Positions 19,408-30,040 of a stretch of 64,000 nucleotides of DNA are shown one piece after another. The position numbers and the translations under genes were made by a program. Location: the NCBI GenBank assembly GCA_031416075.1, contig JANOSY010000073.1, positions 1 through 64,000 on the forward strand, given 5' to 3'. The stretch's first letter is position 1. Each line of letters begins with the position of its first letter. Under the pieces are notes generated by a model, which was given only the letters and a program-made list of their open reading frames with translations, was not told the DNA's origin and did not search any database. This stretch comes from Candidatus Tenderia sp. (GTDB taxonomy: Bacteria > Pseudomonadota > Gammaproteobacteria > Tenderiales > Tenderiaceae).

Positions 19408-21237
19408 ATGCAGTTGCGTTCATTGTCAGCAGCGGTAGCGCTGTTGAGTGCCCTTCCCCTTTACTCCGTTACAGCCATTGCTGCGGATGCGGACGCTGTG
19501 ATTGTGACAGCAACACGTACAGCTCAGACCGTTGATGACTCACTTGCATCTGTTAGTGTCATTACTCGTGCTGATATCGAGCGACTTCAGGCCCAATCCT
19601 TACAAGATCTGCTACGTGGTATAGCAGGTATCTCCGTTGCCAATAATGGCGGCGCAGGTAAATACACTGCACTATTTATGCGTGGTACCGAGTCTGACCA
19701 CGTACTGGTTTTGATTGATGGTGTAAAAGTTGGTTCTGCCACCTCAGGCAGCACTGCATTTCAAGACATTCCACTGGCTCAAATAGAACGTATTGAGATT
19801 GTACGTGGACCGCGCTCCAGTCTGTACGGTTCAGAGGCCATTGGCGGTGTGATTCAGATCTTCACCCGTAAAGGAAAAGGCCAGATCACCCCTTCCATGA
19901 GTATTGGCGCTGGCAGTTACGGTACCTACAGCGCCCAGGCGGGTGTCACCGGGGGTAACGATAGTCGCTGGTTCAGTGCCAATCTTAACAGCCTCAATAC
20001 CAAAGGTTTTAATGCCTGTAATGGTTCCGCCATCAGTGGTTGTTATACAGTTGAGCCTGATAAGGATGATTACCACAATGTGGCGGCATCACTGCGTGGT
20101 GGATTCCGTTTTGGCAGCAGTGGTACCGCAGAACTAAATGCTTTACGTAGTGAAAGCGATACATCCTATGATGGATCATTCTCCAATGAGTCATCATCCG
20201 TGCAACAGGTATTGGGTGGCAATGTCAGTTTTGCGGCAGCACCATCCTGGCAGGTAAGTTTGGCGGCAGGCCAGAGCCGTGATATGTCTGATGGATTTAA
20301 GGATGGCAATTTCAAAGGCGATTTTAATACTCGCCGCAAAAGTGCTACCTGGCAGAACGACATCACTGTAAGTGACAACAACCTGTTAACAGTCGGTCTG
20401 GATCGTCAGCTTGATTTTATTGAAAGCACCACAAACTTTGCTGTCACCTCTCGTGGCAACAAGGCTGTTTTTGCTCAGTATCAATCTGCGGTCAGTGATA
20501 CCTTTGATATGCAGCTATCGTTACGTCGTGATAGCAATGAGCAGTTTGGTAATCAGGGCACTGGCGGTGTGGCATTTGGCGCTGATATCGGCCATTCGAT
20601 GCGCGCTACCTACGCCTATGGGACTGCTTTTAAGGCCCCCACCTTTAATGAGCTCTACTATCCTGGATACGGTACTGCCACACTGGTTCCGGAAGATTCG
20701 CGCAATATTGAGGTGGGTTTGGAAGGTAAAACAACACAGGGACACTGGGCTGTTAACCTCTACGAAAACCGCATCAGTAATCTGATTGCCTATGACGCCT
20801 CAATTTTTGCCCCTAACAATCTCGATCAAGCTAACATTCGTGGCATTGAGGCCATCTGTGGTGTTGATATGAACGGTTGGGCCATGAATGCAAACCTGAC
20901 ATTGCTCGATCCTGAGAATCGTGCCAGCGGTAGCAATTACGGCAAAGTACTACCACGCCGTGCTAAAAAATCGTATCGCCTTGATGCTGACCGTGCTTTA
21001 GGTGCGTACCAGGTAGGTGCCAGTTTACGTGCCGAAGGTAGCCGCTATGATGATCTGGCCAATAACCGTCGCCTGGGTGGCTACGCCACTGTTGATCTGC
21101 GCGCCGGTTACGACATCAGCGATGATTGGCAGGTTCAGGCACGGGCTGAAAACCTGCTTGATAAAGGGTATGAGACCGCTGCCTTTTATAACCAGCCAGG
21201 CCGTAGCCTGTTTGTCACACTGCGTTACCAGCCGTAA
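19408..21237 (+). CDS. btuB: TonB-dependent vitamin B12 receptor
   Basis: Signal peptide, TonB box VIVTATR, plug RGTESDHVLVLIDGV, IEIVRGPRSSLYGSEAIGGVI; riboswitch upstream; RBS before ATG 19408. Confidence 0.93.
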   Translation: MQLRSLSAAVALLSALPLYSVTAIAADADAVIVTATRTAQTVDDSLASVSVITRADIERLQAQSLQDLLRGIAGISVANNGGAGKYTALFMRGTESDHVLVLIDGVKVGSATSGSTAFQDIPLAQIERIEIVRGPRSSLYGSEAIGGVIQIFTRKGKGQITPSMSIGAGSYGTYSAQAGVTGGNDSRWFSANLNSLNTKGFNACNGSAISGCYTVEPDKDDYHNVAASLRGGFRFGSSGTAELNALRSESDTSYDGSFSNESSSVQQVLGGNVSFAAAPSWQVSLAAGQSRDMSDGFKDGNFKGDFNTRRKSATWQNDITVSDNNLLTVGLDRQLDFIESTTNFAVTSRGNKAVFAQYQSAVSDTFDMQLSLRRDSNEQFGNQGTGGVAFGADIGHSMRATYAYGTAFKAPTFNELYYPGYGTATLVPEDSRNIEVGLEGKTTQGHWAVNLYENRISNLIAYDASIFAPNNLDQANIRGIEAICGVDMNGWAMNANLTLLDPENRASGSNYGKVLPRRAKKSYRLDADRALGAYQVGASLRAEGSRYDDLANNRRLGGYATVDLRAGYDISDDWQVQARAENLLDKGYETAAFYNQPGRSLFVTLRYQP

Positions 21238-21321
21238 ATATTGGCACAGTACCCTCCTCTGTTTAGGGAGGGTGTTGTGATCACATTGAAACACACTTAC
21301 TTTTAAAACAGGCGCGATACT

Positions 21322-21903
21322 ATGTTAACGCTCTCTACCCGACATCAAATTTTTATTGGTCTGTCGCTATTGTTGTTGATGATCACCACCCGTGGTCACC
21401 ACTTTGCAACACTGGAGCATCTGCCAAGTGCTTCATGGGCGGTGTTTCTGCTGGCGGGACTCTATCTGCGCCCGGTGTGGGTTTTTCCTGCGCTGTTAGC
21501 GTTGGCCGGTTCGCTCGACTATGCAGCGATCACCTGGGGTGGTGTCTCTAATTTTTGCGCCAGCCCGGCGTATCCGATGTTACTGCCCGCCTACGGTTCA
21601 CTCTGGCTGGCGGGGCGCTGGTATGCCAAACAGTACCATGCTCACTGGAGTACACTTGTACCTGCATCGCTGGCCATTTTATTGGGTGCAACGGTGTGTG
21701 AGCTCTTCTCCAGTGGGGGTTTCTATTTTCTATCAGGCCATTTTGTCGATCCAACACTGACTGAGTTTGGGGCGCGGTTTATTCAATATTTTCCCGGTTC
21801 CTTACAATCACTGCTGTTCTACATCACCATCGCTGCTGTGATACATCTGCTGTTGGTATCGATACAGAACATCACTACCAAACATAATAGAACCGGGGGT
21901 TAA
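21322..21903 (+). CDS. btuM: cobalamin uptake membrane protein BtuM (solitary S-component)
   Basis: TR.HH.....LP.ASWAVF.L.G.Y...DY.AITWGGVS.FC.SPAY signature of BtuM. Confidence 0.85.
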   Translation: MLTLSTRHQIFIGLSLLLLMITTRGHHFATLEHLPSASWAVFLLAGLYLRPVWVFPALLALAGSLDYAAITWGGVSNFCASPAYPMLLPAYGSLWLAGRWYAKQYHAHWSTLVPASLAILLGATVCELFSSGGFYFLSGHFVDPTLTEFGARFIQYFPGSLQSLLFYITIAAVIHLLLVSIQNITTKHNRTGG

Positions 21904-21907
21904 TGCC

Positions 21908-22513
21908 ATGGATGACACTGACAAATCCGTACGCCATCGTAACCGTATGCAGCGTAAAAAAGAGGTGGTGGATGCCTCCATCGCCCGTGCTGATCAAGAC
22001 AAAGGGTTACTGCTGGTACTCACGGGCAACGGCAAGGGTAAATCAAGTTCTGCTTTTGGCATGGTGGCGCGTGCCCTTGGGCACGGTATGCAGGTGGGTG
22101 TGGCGCAATTTATCAAAGGGCGCTCTGATACGGGTGAAGAGGCCTTTTTTCGTCAGCAACCCGGTGTGGTGTGGCATGTGCTGGGTGAGGGGTTTACCTG
22201 GGATACACAGAACTTGGAACGTGATATCGAAACGGCCAATCGTGGTTGGAGCATTGTGCGTGAGATATTGCAAGATCCCACCATCGGTCTGGTAGTACTG
22301 GATGAACTCACCTATCCGATCAAATATGGCTGGCTCGATATTGACATGGTATTGAGTGATCTCGCCGCCCGCCCACCTATGCAGCATGTGGTGATCACCG
22401 GTCGCGGTGCAGCCGAGGCGCTCTGTGATGTGGCCGATACGGTGACTGAGCTCGACGATGTAAAACATGCCTTTCGTGCCGGGGTGCGGGCACAAAACGG
22501 GATTGATCTATGA
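21908..22513 (+). CDS. cobO: cob(I)yrinic acid a,c-diamide adenosyltransferase
   Basis: TGNGKGKSSSAFG, QFIKG, GEGFTW, LDEL, ITGR, KHAF. Confidence 0.95.
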   Translation: MDDTDKSVRHRNRMQRKKEVVDASIARADQDKGLLLVLTGNGKGKSSSAFGMVARALGHGMQVGVAQFIKGRSDTGEEAFFRQQPGVVWHVLGEGFTWDTQNLERDIETANRGWSIVREILQDPTIGLVVLDELTYPIKYGWLDIDMVLSDLAARPPMQHVVITGRGAAEALCDVADTVTELDDVKHAFRAGVRAQNGIDL

Positions 22514-23808
22514 GCCAAGGGGAAAGGCAGTGCCCTGCACTGTTTATCTCGGCTCCCGCCTCTGGTCAAGGCAAAACCACTGTCACTGCGGCACTGGCGC
22601 GCTACCATCGCAACAGAGGATGTAAGGTCCGTATCTTTAAAACCGGTCCTGATTTTTTAGATCCGATGATTCTGGAGCAGGCCGCTGGCGCGGCGGTATA
22701 CCCACTGGATCTCTGGATGGGCGGCGCTGACCACTGCCGGGCGCTGCTCTATCATGCAGCGGCTGATGCCGATCTGATTCTGATTGAAGGGGTCATGGGG
22801 CTGTTTGATGGCTCCTCCTCTAGTGCGGATCTGGCACGATTTTTTGGCATTCCCGTTATGGCGGTGATCGATGGTTCAGCCATGGCACAAACCTTTGGTG
22901 CCTTGGCACACGGCCTTGCTACCTATTGTGATGATCTCCCCTTCGCCGGTCTCTTTGCCAACCGGGTTGGCAGTGAAGGCCACTATCAGATGTTGGCCGA
23001 CAGTGTGCGACCACCGCTTACCGCTGTTGGCTGGCTGGCGCATGATGATGAAATCAAACTACCGGAGCGCCACCTCGGTCTGGTGCAGGCAGATGAGGTG
23101 GCTGATCTTGAGTCACGTATCAATCGTGCGGCCGCTGCACTCAACCATGTTCCCGATCAATTGCCACCTGCTGTTACCTTTACCCCTGCCGCTACCCACT
23201 CAAACGTCACTCCATCACTACAAGGAGTGCAGATTGCCGTGGCCAAGGATGCCGCATTTGCTTTTATCTACCACGCCAATCTTGATCTGTTACGTGCTCA
23301 CGGTGCCGAGATAACATTTTTTTCACCCCTGAGTGATACCACACTGCCCGCTGCGGATGCGCTCTATCTGCCCGGCGGTTATCCAGAGTTACACTTAAAT
23401 ACGTTGGCAAGCAATCAACCGATGAAAGTGGCAATCACCCAACACCAGATGGAGCAAAAGCCGATCGTTGCCGAGTGTGGCGGTATGCTCTATCTGCTTA
23501 ACGCACTCACTGCTGTTGATGGTCAACGGGCGACAATGGTTGGATTATTGCCAGGAGAGGCCACTATGCAAAAGTCGCTCTCCAATATTGGTATGCAGAG
23601 TGTGCAACTGCCGGAGGGTGAGTTGCGTGGCCATACCTTCCACCACTCATCAACAACGTCTGAGATGGTGCCTTTGACCCACTCTTTGCCAGCCCGACAT
23701 CACGGCAAGCCGGAGGCTGTTTATCGCAGATCACGGCTGACTGCCTCATATCTGCATCTCTATTTTCCATCCAACCCGGATGCAGCGGTAAAACTGTTTC
23801 AACCATGA
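22510..23808 (+). CDS. cobB: cobyrinate a,c-diamide synthase
   Basis: SGQGKTTVT, FKTGPDFLDP, EGVMGLFDG, LPERHLGL, AECGG, H.FH. Confidence 0.95.
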   Translation: MSQGERQCPALFISAPASGQGKTTVTAALARYHRNRGCKVRIFKTGPDFLDPMILEQAAGAAVYPLDLWMGGADHCRALLYHAAADADLILIEGVMGLFDGSSSSADLARFFGIPVMAVIDGSAMAQTFGALAHGLATYCDDLPFAGLFANRVGSEGHYQMLADSVRPPLTAVGWLAHDDEIKLPERHLGLVQADEVADLESRINRAAAALNHVPDQLPPAVTFTPAATHSNVTPSLQGVQIAVAKDAAFAFIYHANLDLLRAHGAEITFFSPLSDTTLPAADALYLPGGYPELHLNTLASNQPMKVAITQHQMEQKPIVAECGGMLYLLNALTAVDGQRATMVGLLPGEATMQKSLSNIGMQSVQLPEGELRGHTFHHSSTTSEMVPLTHSLPARHHGKPEAVYRRSRLTASYLHLYFPSNPDAAVKLFQP

Positions 23809-24464
23809 GCCGCTACAGCGATGCTGAAATTGCCGCACTCTACCGTGTGATCCGTAAACGACGCGACATGCGCCACTTTCTGCCAGACCCTATCGATCCA
23901 GAGATGCTGAACCGACTGTTACATGCGGCACACTGTGCGCCCAGTGTTGGACTGATGCAGCCGTGGCGTTTTGTCCGTGTAACTGATCATGCGTTGCGCC
24001 AGCAAATACATCAGCTCGTGGAAGGCGAACGTATTCAAACTTCTACCGCGCTGAATGAGCGTAGCGATGCCTTTATGAAACTCAAGGTTGAAGGCATTTT
24101 AGAGTGTGGTGAATTGATTGTGGCGGCCTTGATGGAGCAGCGAGAGCAGCACATCTTTGGCCGTCGCACATTGCCAGAGATGGATATCGCCTCTGTGGCC
24201 TGTGCCATTCAAAACCTCTGGCTGGCCGCTCGTGCCGAAGATATCGGTATGGGCTGGGTCTCGCTCTTTGATCCTGTTACTTTGGCCACACTACTCAACA
24301 TGCCAGCAGGGAGTAAACCGGTGGCCATCCTCTGCATCGGTCATGTAAAACAGTTCTACTCTGCCCCCATGTTAGAACTGGAAGGTTGGGCCAAGGGTCG
24401 ACCATTGGAAGAGCTGCTTTTTCATAACAGCTGGGGCAATACTATGACGGAGAGTTCAACATGA
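23805..24464 (+). CDS. bluB: 5,6-dimethylbenzimidazole synthase
   Basis: RRDMRHF, APSVG.MQPWRF, LKVEGI, CAIQNLWLAARAE.IGMGWVS. Confidence 0.95.
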   Translation: MSRYSDAEIAALYRVIRKRRDMRHFLPDPIDPEMLNRLLHAAHCAPSVGLMQPWRFVRVTDHALRQQIHQLVEGERIQTSTALNERSDAFMKLKVEGILECGELIVAALMEQREQHIFGRRTLPEMDIASVACAIQNLWLAARAEDIGMGWVSLFDPVTLATLLNMPAGSKPVAILCIGHVKQFYSAPMLELEGWAKGRPLEELLFHNSWGNTMTESST

Positions 24465-25273
24465 CATTTAGCAGTGCCACAGGTCCGCAACGGATTATCT
24501 GCCTGACGGAAGAGACCACCGAAACACTCTATTTATTAGGCGAGCAGGATCGTATTGTTGGCATCTCCGGTTACACAGTGCGCCCCCCGGAGGCGCGCAA
24601 AAACAAACCCAAAGTCTCCGCCTTTACCAGCGCCAAGATAGACAAAATTTTAGCGCTTGAGCCAGATCTGGTATTGGGTTTTTCCGATATGCAGGCGGAT
24701 ATCGCCGCCCAGCTGGTCCGTGCTGGCGTGCAGGTACACATTTTTAATCAGCGCAGCATTGCCGAAATATTTGAGATGATTTATATGGTGGGGGCCATGG
24801 TGGCAGCTCCGGCTAAAACGGAGCAGCTGATCACTCGATTAAAAACTGAGTTACAACAGATTAAAGAGTCCGCCAATCTCTTGCCACGCCGTCCATTGGT
24901 CTATTTTGAAGAGTGGAACGATCCACTGATCTCCGGTATTCGCTGGGTATCAGAGCTGATTCATATTGCCGGTGGTAAAGACTGTTTTGCTGATCTGGCT
25001 ACCTCTGCGGGGGCCAAAGGACGCATTATTGCCGATGGCAACGAAGTGGTTCGTCGTGCCCCCGACATCATCATCGGCTCCTGGTGTGGCAAACGGTTTC
25101 GGCCCGATGAGATCAGGGCCCGTGCCGGTTGGCAGGCAATCCCTGCCGTGCGTGATGGTCACATCTACGAAATCAAATCCCCCGACATTCTGCAACCTGG
25201 CCCCGCAGCGCTGACTGATGGTGTGCAGCAGATTCACGCCTATATTCTACAGTGGGCTGCCACTCAGCCGTGA
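24461..25273 (+). CDS. cobalamin-binding periplasmic protein (BtuF-like helical-backbone receptor)
   Basis: RIICLTEETTETLY, YFEEW.DP.I, GSWCGK, ILQPGP. Confidence 0.75.
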   Translation: MTFSSATGPQRIICLTEETTETLYLLGEQDRIVGISGYTVRPPEARKNKPKVSAFTSAKIDKILALEPDLVLGFSDMQADIAAQLVRAGVQVHIFNQRSIAEIFEMIYMVGAMVAAPAKTEQLITRLKTELQQIKESANLLPRRPLVYFEEWNDPLISGIRWVSELIHIAGGKDCFADLATSAGAKGRIIADGNEVVRRAPDIIIGSWCGKRFRPDEIRARAGWQAIPAVRDGHIYEIKSPDILQPGPAALTDGVQQIHAYILQWAATQP

Positions 25274-26157
25274 TCACTGTGTTCATCGTCATAGCAGCAC
25301 TACTGCTGGATGCGGCGTTAGGAGAGCCTCGCCGTTACCACCCACTGGTCGGTTTTGGCCGACTGGCACAGGCGGTTGAACAACGACTCTATGGTGACTC
25401 TTTGATACGCGGCGCAGTTGCAATAACAATATTGCTACTGCCGCTGGTAGTCATCACGATGATGATCTCTATACATTGGTTCGTTGAAGTCATACTGCTC
25501 TACCTGGCCCTCGGTTGGAAGAGCCTGGGTGAACACGCCAACCGTGTTGTTACGGCCTTAGATACCAATGATCTTCCCGCCGCCCGACAACGGGTTGGCG
25601 ATATGGTGAGCCGCGATACCACCACGCTGAATGAGAGTGATGTTGCCAAGGCAACCGTTGAGTCGGTACTGGAAAATGGTAACGATGCCGTCTTTGGTGC
25701 CCTCTTCTGGTTTGTGGTGGCCGGTGCACCTGGTGTGGTTCTGTTTCGCCTCAGCAATACACTTGATGCCATGTGGGGTTATCGTACTCAACGATATCTA
25801 CGTTTTGGGTGGGCGGCGGCGCGGCTGGATGATCTTTTAAATTACATCCCGGCACGACTCACAGCACTCAGTTACGCACTGGTAGGCAACTACTCACGTG
25901 CCATGCGCTGTTGGCGACATCAAGGCAGTAGCTGGAAGAGCCCCAATGCCGGCCCGGTAATGGCGGCGGGGGCTGGCAGTATTGACGTACAACTGGGCGG
26001 TACAGCCACTTACCAGGGCACTCAACAACAACGCCCGCCACTGGGTGAAGGTGATCCCCCCACAACTGAACACATTGGTGCGGCACTGCAACTGATTAAA
26101 CGTGCCCTGCTCCTCTGGGTAATTGTGTTGTTACTGGGCGGTTGGTTTGTCTCTTAA
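25270..26157 (+). CDS. cbiB: adenosylcobinamide-phosphate synthase CbiB/CobD
   Basis: GEP...HP, VSRDT, ES.LEN..D, NTLDAMWGY, DD.LN.IPAR, SPNAG. Confidence 0.93.
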   Translation: MITVFIVIAALLLDAALGEPRRYHPLVGFGRLAQAVEQRLYGDSLIRGAVAITILLLPLVVITMMISIHWFVEVILLYLALGWKSLGEHANRVVTALDTNDLPAARQRVGDMVSRDTTTLNESDVAKATVESVLENGNDAVFGALFWFVVAGAPGVVLFRLSNTLDAMWGYRTQRYLRFGWAAARLDDLLNYIPARLTALSYALVGNYSRAMRCWRHQGSSWKSPNAGPVMAAGAGSIDVQLGGTATYQGTQQQRPPLGEGDPPTTEHIGAALQLIKRALLLWVIVLLLGGWFVS

Positions 26158-27172
26158 TCTTCAGACAACACCTCCTCATCACGGTGGCAAACTACGTGCT
26201 GCTGCTGAACAGTACGCGATTCCATTAGCAGAGTGGCTTGATCTCTCCACCGCTATCAACCCCAACGGTTGGCCCGTGCCCACTATCCCGGCAGAGTGCT
26301 GGGCGCGTCTGCCAGAAGCGTGCGATGGCCTGGAAGAGGTGGCACGTCTCTACTACGGTGCAACATCCTTACTCACGGTAGCCGGTTCACAAGCCGCCAT
26401 ACAGGCGCTGCCACAACTGCGCCCCCCTTCACGGGTAGGCCTGCTTGCCCCGGCCTATGCTGAACATGGTTACGTCTGGCAGCGTAGTGGTCATACTGTT
26501 GTCTCTTATTCTATAGATGAGATAGAACGTGCCGTGGCTACATCTGATGTTCTGATACTCATCAACCCCAACAATCCAACCGGTGTGCGATTTAGCCAGG
26601 CGCAGCTGCTTGGCTGGCACAAAATAGTTGCCCGCCGGGGTGGCTGGTTAATTGTGGATGAGGCCTTTATGGATAGCACCCCTGACGAGAGTCTCTGTCA
26701 CCATAGCCATCACACCGGTTTAATTGTTTTACGATCGTTGGGAAAGTTTTTTGGCCTGGCAGGGGCACGCATCGGCTTTGTCTGTGCAGCACCACCACTA
26801 CTGATGCAACTCAGCCACCTGCTTGGGCCTTGGGCCACTAACGCCCCGGCCCGTTATGTTGCCACCCTGGCCTTACAAGACAAGGTGTGGCAACAGCAGG
26901 CACAACAACAGCTACAGCTGGCCAGCATACAGATGCAACAACTGTTGCGGGAACACCATCTACCCCCCGCAGGAGGCTGCCCCCTATTTCAATGGATACT
27001 CAACCCTGATGCAGAAAAAATACACCAACACCTAGCCAAACAGGCCATTCTCACACGGCTCTTTATCGAACCCATGAGTCTGCGTTTTGGACTACCAAAA
27101 AATACCGCTGATTGGCAACGACTAGCAATAGCGTTAACCTCGATCCCCGGGTTAAAGCAGCAACAGCGATAA
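26147..27172 (+). CDS. cobD: threonine-phosphate decarboxylase (PLP)
   Basis: [37 protein letters not shown]; start codon approximate. Confidence 0.9.
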   Translation: MSLNLQTTPPHHGGKLRAAAEQYAIPLAEWLDLSTAINPNGWPVPTIPAECWARLPEACDGLEEVARLYYGATSLLTVAGSQAAIQALPQLRPPSRVGLLAPAYAEHGYVWQRSGHTVVSYSIDEIERAVATSDVLILINPNNPTGVRFSQAQLLGWHKIVARRGGWLIVDEAFMDSTPDESLCHHSHHTGLIVLRSLGKFFGLAGARIGFVCAAPPLLMQLSHLLGPWATNAPARYVATLALQDKVWQQQAQQQLQLASIQMQQLLREHHLPPAGGCPLFQWILNPDAEKIHQHLAKQAILTRLFIEPMSLRFGLPKNTADWQRLAIALTSIPGLKQQQR

Positions 27173-27186
27173 ACAGAAGAGATAAT

Positions 27187-28251
27187 ATGAACAGACCCAC
27201 CGAGATCGAATGGCTTAATATTCCCGTCGCCACACCTAACAGCACCACCCAACGGGCAGCCGAAGCACGCCAGGCAGTACTGACTAAACCGCCAGGGGCG
27301 TTGGGTCGCCTGGAGGAGATCGCCATTCGTCTTGCTGCACTGCAAGGGACCACCACACCCAGTGTTGAGCAGATACAGATTACCGTTTTTGCCGGAGATC
27401 ATGGCATCGCTGCAGAGGGTGTCTCTGCCTTTCCCCAGGCAGTCACCGCTGAAATGGTTAAAAACTTTGCCCGTGGCGGCGCCGCCATCAGCGTTGCTGC
27501 CCGCAAACTCGGTGCAGCGCTGGAGGTAATTAACCTCGGCACCGCATTTGATACAGGACCACTGGAGGGGGTAAAAAATTATGCACTTGGCCCCGGCACA
27601 GCTAACTTCGCCGTTGAAGCCGCCATGAGCGAACATCAACTGGCCTGTGCACTGGCCGCTGGCCGCCACGCTGTCGAACGGGCCAAGCTCAACGGTGCGC
27701 AGCTTTTTATCGGTGGTGAGATGGGCATCGCCAATACCAGCGCAGCCACCGCACTCGCCAGCCTGCTACTGAATATCGCCCCAACACAACTCACAGGACC
27801 AGGCACAGGGCTAGATGCTACCGGCGTCACCCACAAAGCAGCAGTCATTGAAGCTGCATTAGCGCTGCATAAACCGTATATCCAGTCACCACTGGAGGGA
27901 CTGCGTAGAGTGGGTGGATTTGAAATCGCCGCACTTGCCGGGGCCTACATCAGCTGTGGCCACATAGGCATCCCTGTATTGGTGGATGGTTTTATCAGCA
28001 GCAGCGCAGCACTTGTCGCAAGCCAGCTCTGCCCCGCTGTAAAGGAGTGGCTACTCTACTCCCACACCTCTGCGGAACCGGGACATCGATTAATTTTAGA
28101 ATCACTCGACGCCCTCCCACTACTCGATCTTGGCATGCGGTTAGGTGAAGGCAGTGGTGCAGCCATTGCAGTACCATTACTACGCATGGCCTGTGATCTA
28201 CATAATGAGATGGCAACCTTTGCCGAAGCAGCAGTGTCAGAAAAGTCCTGA
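27187..28251 (+). CDS. cobT: nicotinate-nucleotide-dimethylbenzimidazole phosphoribosyltransferase
   Basis: [39 protein letters not shown]. Confidence 0.95.
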   Translation: MNRPTEIEWLNIPVATPNSTTQRAAEARQAVLTKPPGALGRLEEIAIRLAALQGTTTPSVEQIQITVFAGDHGIAAEGVSAFPQAVTAEMVKNFARGGAAISVAARKLGAALEVINLGTAFDTGPLEGVKNYALGPGTANFAVEAAMSEHQLACALAAGRHAVERAKLNGAQLFIGGEMGIANTSAATALASLLLNIAPTQLTGPGTGLDATGVTHKAAVIEAALALHKPYIQSPLEGLRRVGGFEIAALAGAYISCGHIGIPVLVDGFISSSAALVASQLCPAVKEWLLYSHTSAEPGHRLILESLDALPLLDLGMRLGEGSGAAIAVPLLRMACDLHNEMATFAEAAVSEKS

Positions 28252-28321
28252 TACGTTAAACGAGCTAAAACCGCCACAACCCTATAGATAATCGGTGCCG
28301 TGGCGGTGTAAACGGTAATAG

Positions 28322-28828
28322 TTAGAACTGAAAAATCCCGTTCAGCGAGAACATGTCGATGTTGGTATCAGAGACATCCTGGTAACGATCCCAGCCGCCA
28401 CGCACAGAGAAATTACTCCCCATGATCACCTTCATACCCAAACCGATCGTCAGGCTGGTACCGCTATCACCTGTTGTCAGATTGTCATCCAGATCCCAGT
28501 TATAAAAGCCAAAACTACCATAACCGTTCAAACCCTTACTGAGAAACAGCTCACCAATTGCGTTCAGCTGAACACCATCAACAGAGTAGTTGTTAATGCT
28601 GTTCTGTTTAAATCGACCAAGATTGACGTAGGCCAACTCCATACCAAACCCTTCCGCATTGGCACCAACAAAAAACTTTGAGCTGCCTGCATTATCGTAA
28701 CCACTACGATCAGTACTGGCACTACCCAGGCCACCCCCCAGATAAACGGTTGGCTCGGCTGCGGCAACAGAAGCACCAACAGTAAATAGGGTTAATAGTA
28801 ACGTGGACTTTAATGTTAGTTGTTTCAC
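28322..28828 (-). CDS. small outer-membrane beta-barrel protein (OmpA/OmpW-like transmembrane domain)
   Basis: Signal peptide, alternating beta-strands, E..Y..LG motif, terminal Phe; start uncertain. Confidence 0.8.
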   Translation of the reverse strand: MKQLTLKSTLLLTLFTVGASVAAAEPTVYLGGGLGSASTDRSGYDNAGSSKFFVGANAEGFGMELAYVNLGRFKQNSINNYSVDGVQLNAIGELFLSKGLNGYGSFGFYNWDLDDNLTTGDSGTSLTIGLGMKVIMGSNFSVRGGWDRYQDVSDTNIDMFSLNGIFQF

Positions 28829-28974
28829 ACACATCTCCTTCAGCACAATTTTAGCCACAAAAATCGTATCATACCAAAGTATCAGGTGTGTAACAGCGGT
28901 TATTAATATCGGTAGTCAGGGGGTATAGCAGAGAGAAAATTCACCATTTGAACCAATTTTATAATCGAAATCAG

Positions 28975-29937
28975 CTACGAGGACACCTCAATAACACAGT
29001 TCCTACCACATTTTTTAGCCTTGTATAGCGCTTGATCGACACGTTCCATCAACAGAGAACCCACCTCACCATCTTCAGGAAAAGTAGCAACCCCCATGCT
29101 AACACTAACGCGCCCGAGTGGCTGTGCATCGCCTCCCTTGAAATCCGTAGACTCGATCAGCTTTCGTAAATTTTCCGCCACAATAATAGCGCCCTGCTTT
29201 GGGGTTTCCGGTAATAAAAGTACAAACTCCTCACCTCCATAACGGCAAGCAAGATCTGCATGACGTAAACGTTCTTGCATCAACTGACTAAGATGTATCA
29301 ACAGGGCATCTCCATCAGGATGGCCGTGTGTATCATTGTATATTTTGAAGTTATCAACATCGATAAAAATCAATGAAAATTCTCGCTTATGGCGGAATGA
29401 ACGAGCAACCTCCACTTCCAGGCTATCTTTAAAGTGACGATAGTTGTAAAGCCCCGTCAACCCATCACGAACTACCTTTTCACACAGCTCTACATTAAAC
29501 TCAGAGAGTGCTTCGTTGTTATTTTTAAGTTCCTGTAACAGCACCCGATTACCAACAAGCTCACTGCGTTTTTCCAACCCCCTCTTAACAACAGACGAGA
29601 TATCCTCAAGTTCATTAAACGGTTTTACCAGATAATCAAAAGCTCCCTGCCGCAATGCAGAGACCGCCGATTCAAGTGAGGCATGGCTGGTAATAATAAC
29701 GACCTGAACATCATCACTTAACTCCCGGAGTCTATTCAGTAACTCAAGGCCGCTCATACCTTCCATCCGGACATCTGTAATAACCAAGGGAAAGGGTTCA
29801 TTTATAAATAGAGCCATTGCCTCTTCGGCACTCTCTGCCGTGGTCACATCATAGTTATCATCCGTCAGAACCTCCGCAATCAGATTGCGTAGACTCATCT
29901 CATCATCCACCACTAAAATACGGGACCCACAACTCAT
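28975..29937 (-). CDS. response-regulator diguanylate cyclase (REC-GGDEF)
   Basis: REC (ILVVDD, TD, KPF), DGLTGLYN, I-site RHAD, active site GGEEF. Confidence 0.93.
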   Translation of the reverse strand: MSCGSRILVVDDEMSLRNLIAEVLTDDNYDVTTAESAEEAMALFINEPFPLVITDVRMEGMSGLELLNRLRELSDDVQVVIITSHASLESAVSALRQGAFDYLVKPFNELEDISSVVKRGLEKRSELVGNRVLLQELKNNNEALSEFNVELCEKVVRDGLTGLYNYRHFKDSLEVEVARSFRHKREFSLIFIDVDNFKIYNDTHGHPDGDALLIHLSQLMQERLRHADLACRYGGEEFVLLLPETPKQGAIIVAENLRKLIESTDFKGGDAQPLGRVSVSMGVATFPEDGEVGSLLMERVDQALYKAKKCGRNCVIEVSS

Positions 29938-30007
29938 GATTAACCTCAACGCATCTATCGTTTTTATTATAAAACTCTAATAAAAACAAATCCCCTCACC
30001 TACAAGG

Positions 30008-30034
30008 TTTTCGGCAACATCGGCAAAGCCTTAA
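30008..30034 (-). promoter_or_regulatory. putative sigma28 (FliA) promoter upstream of the DGC gene
   Basis: Minus strand TTAA-N15-GCCGAAAA versus consensus TAAA-N15-GCCGATAA. Confidence 0.55.
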
Positions 30035-30040
30035 GCCACA

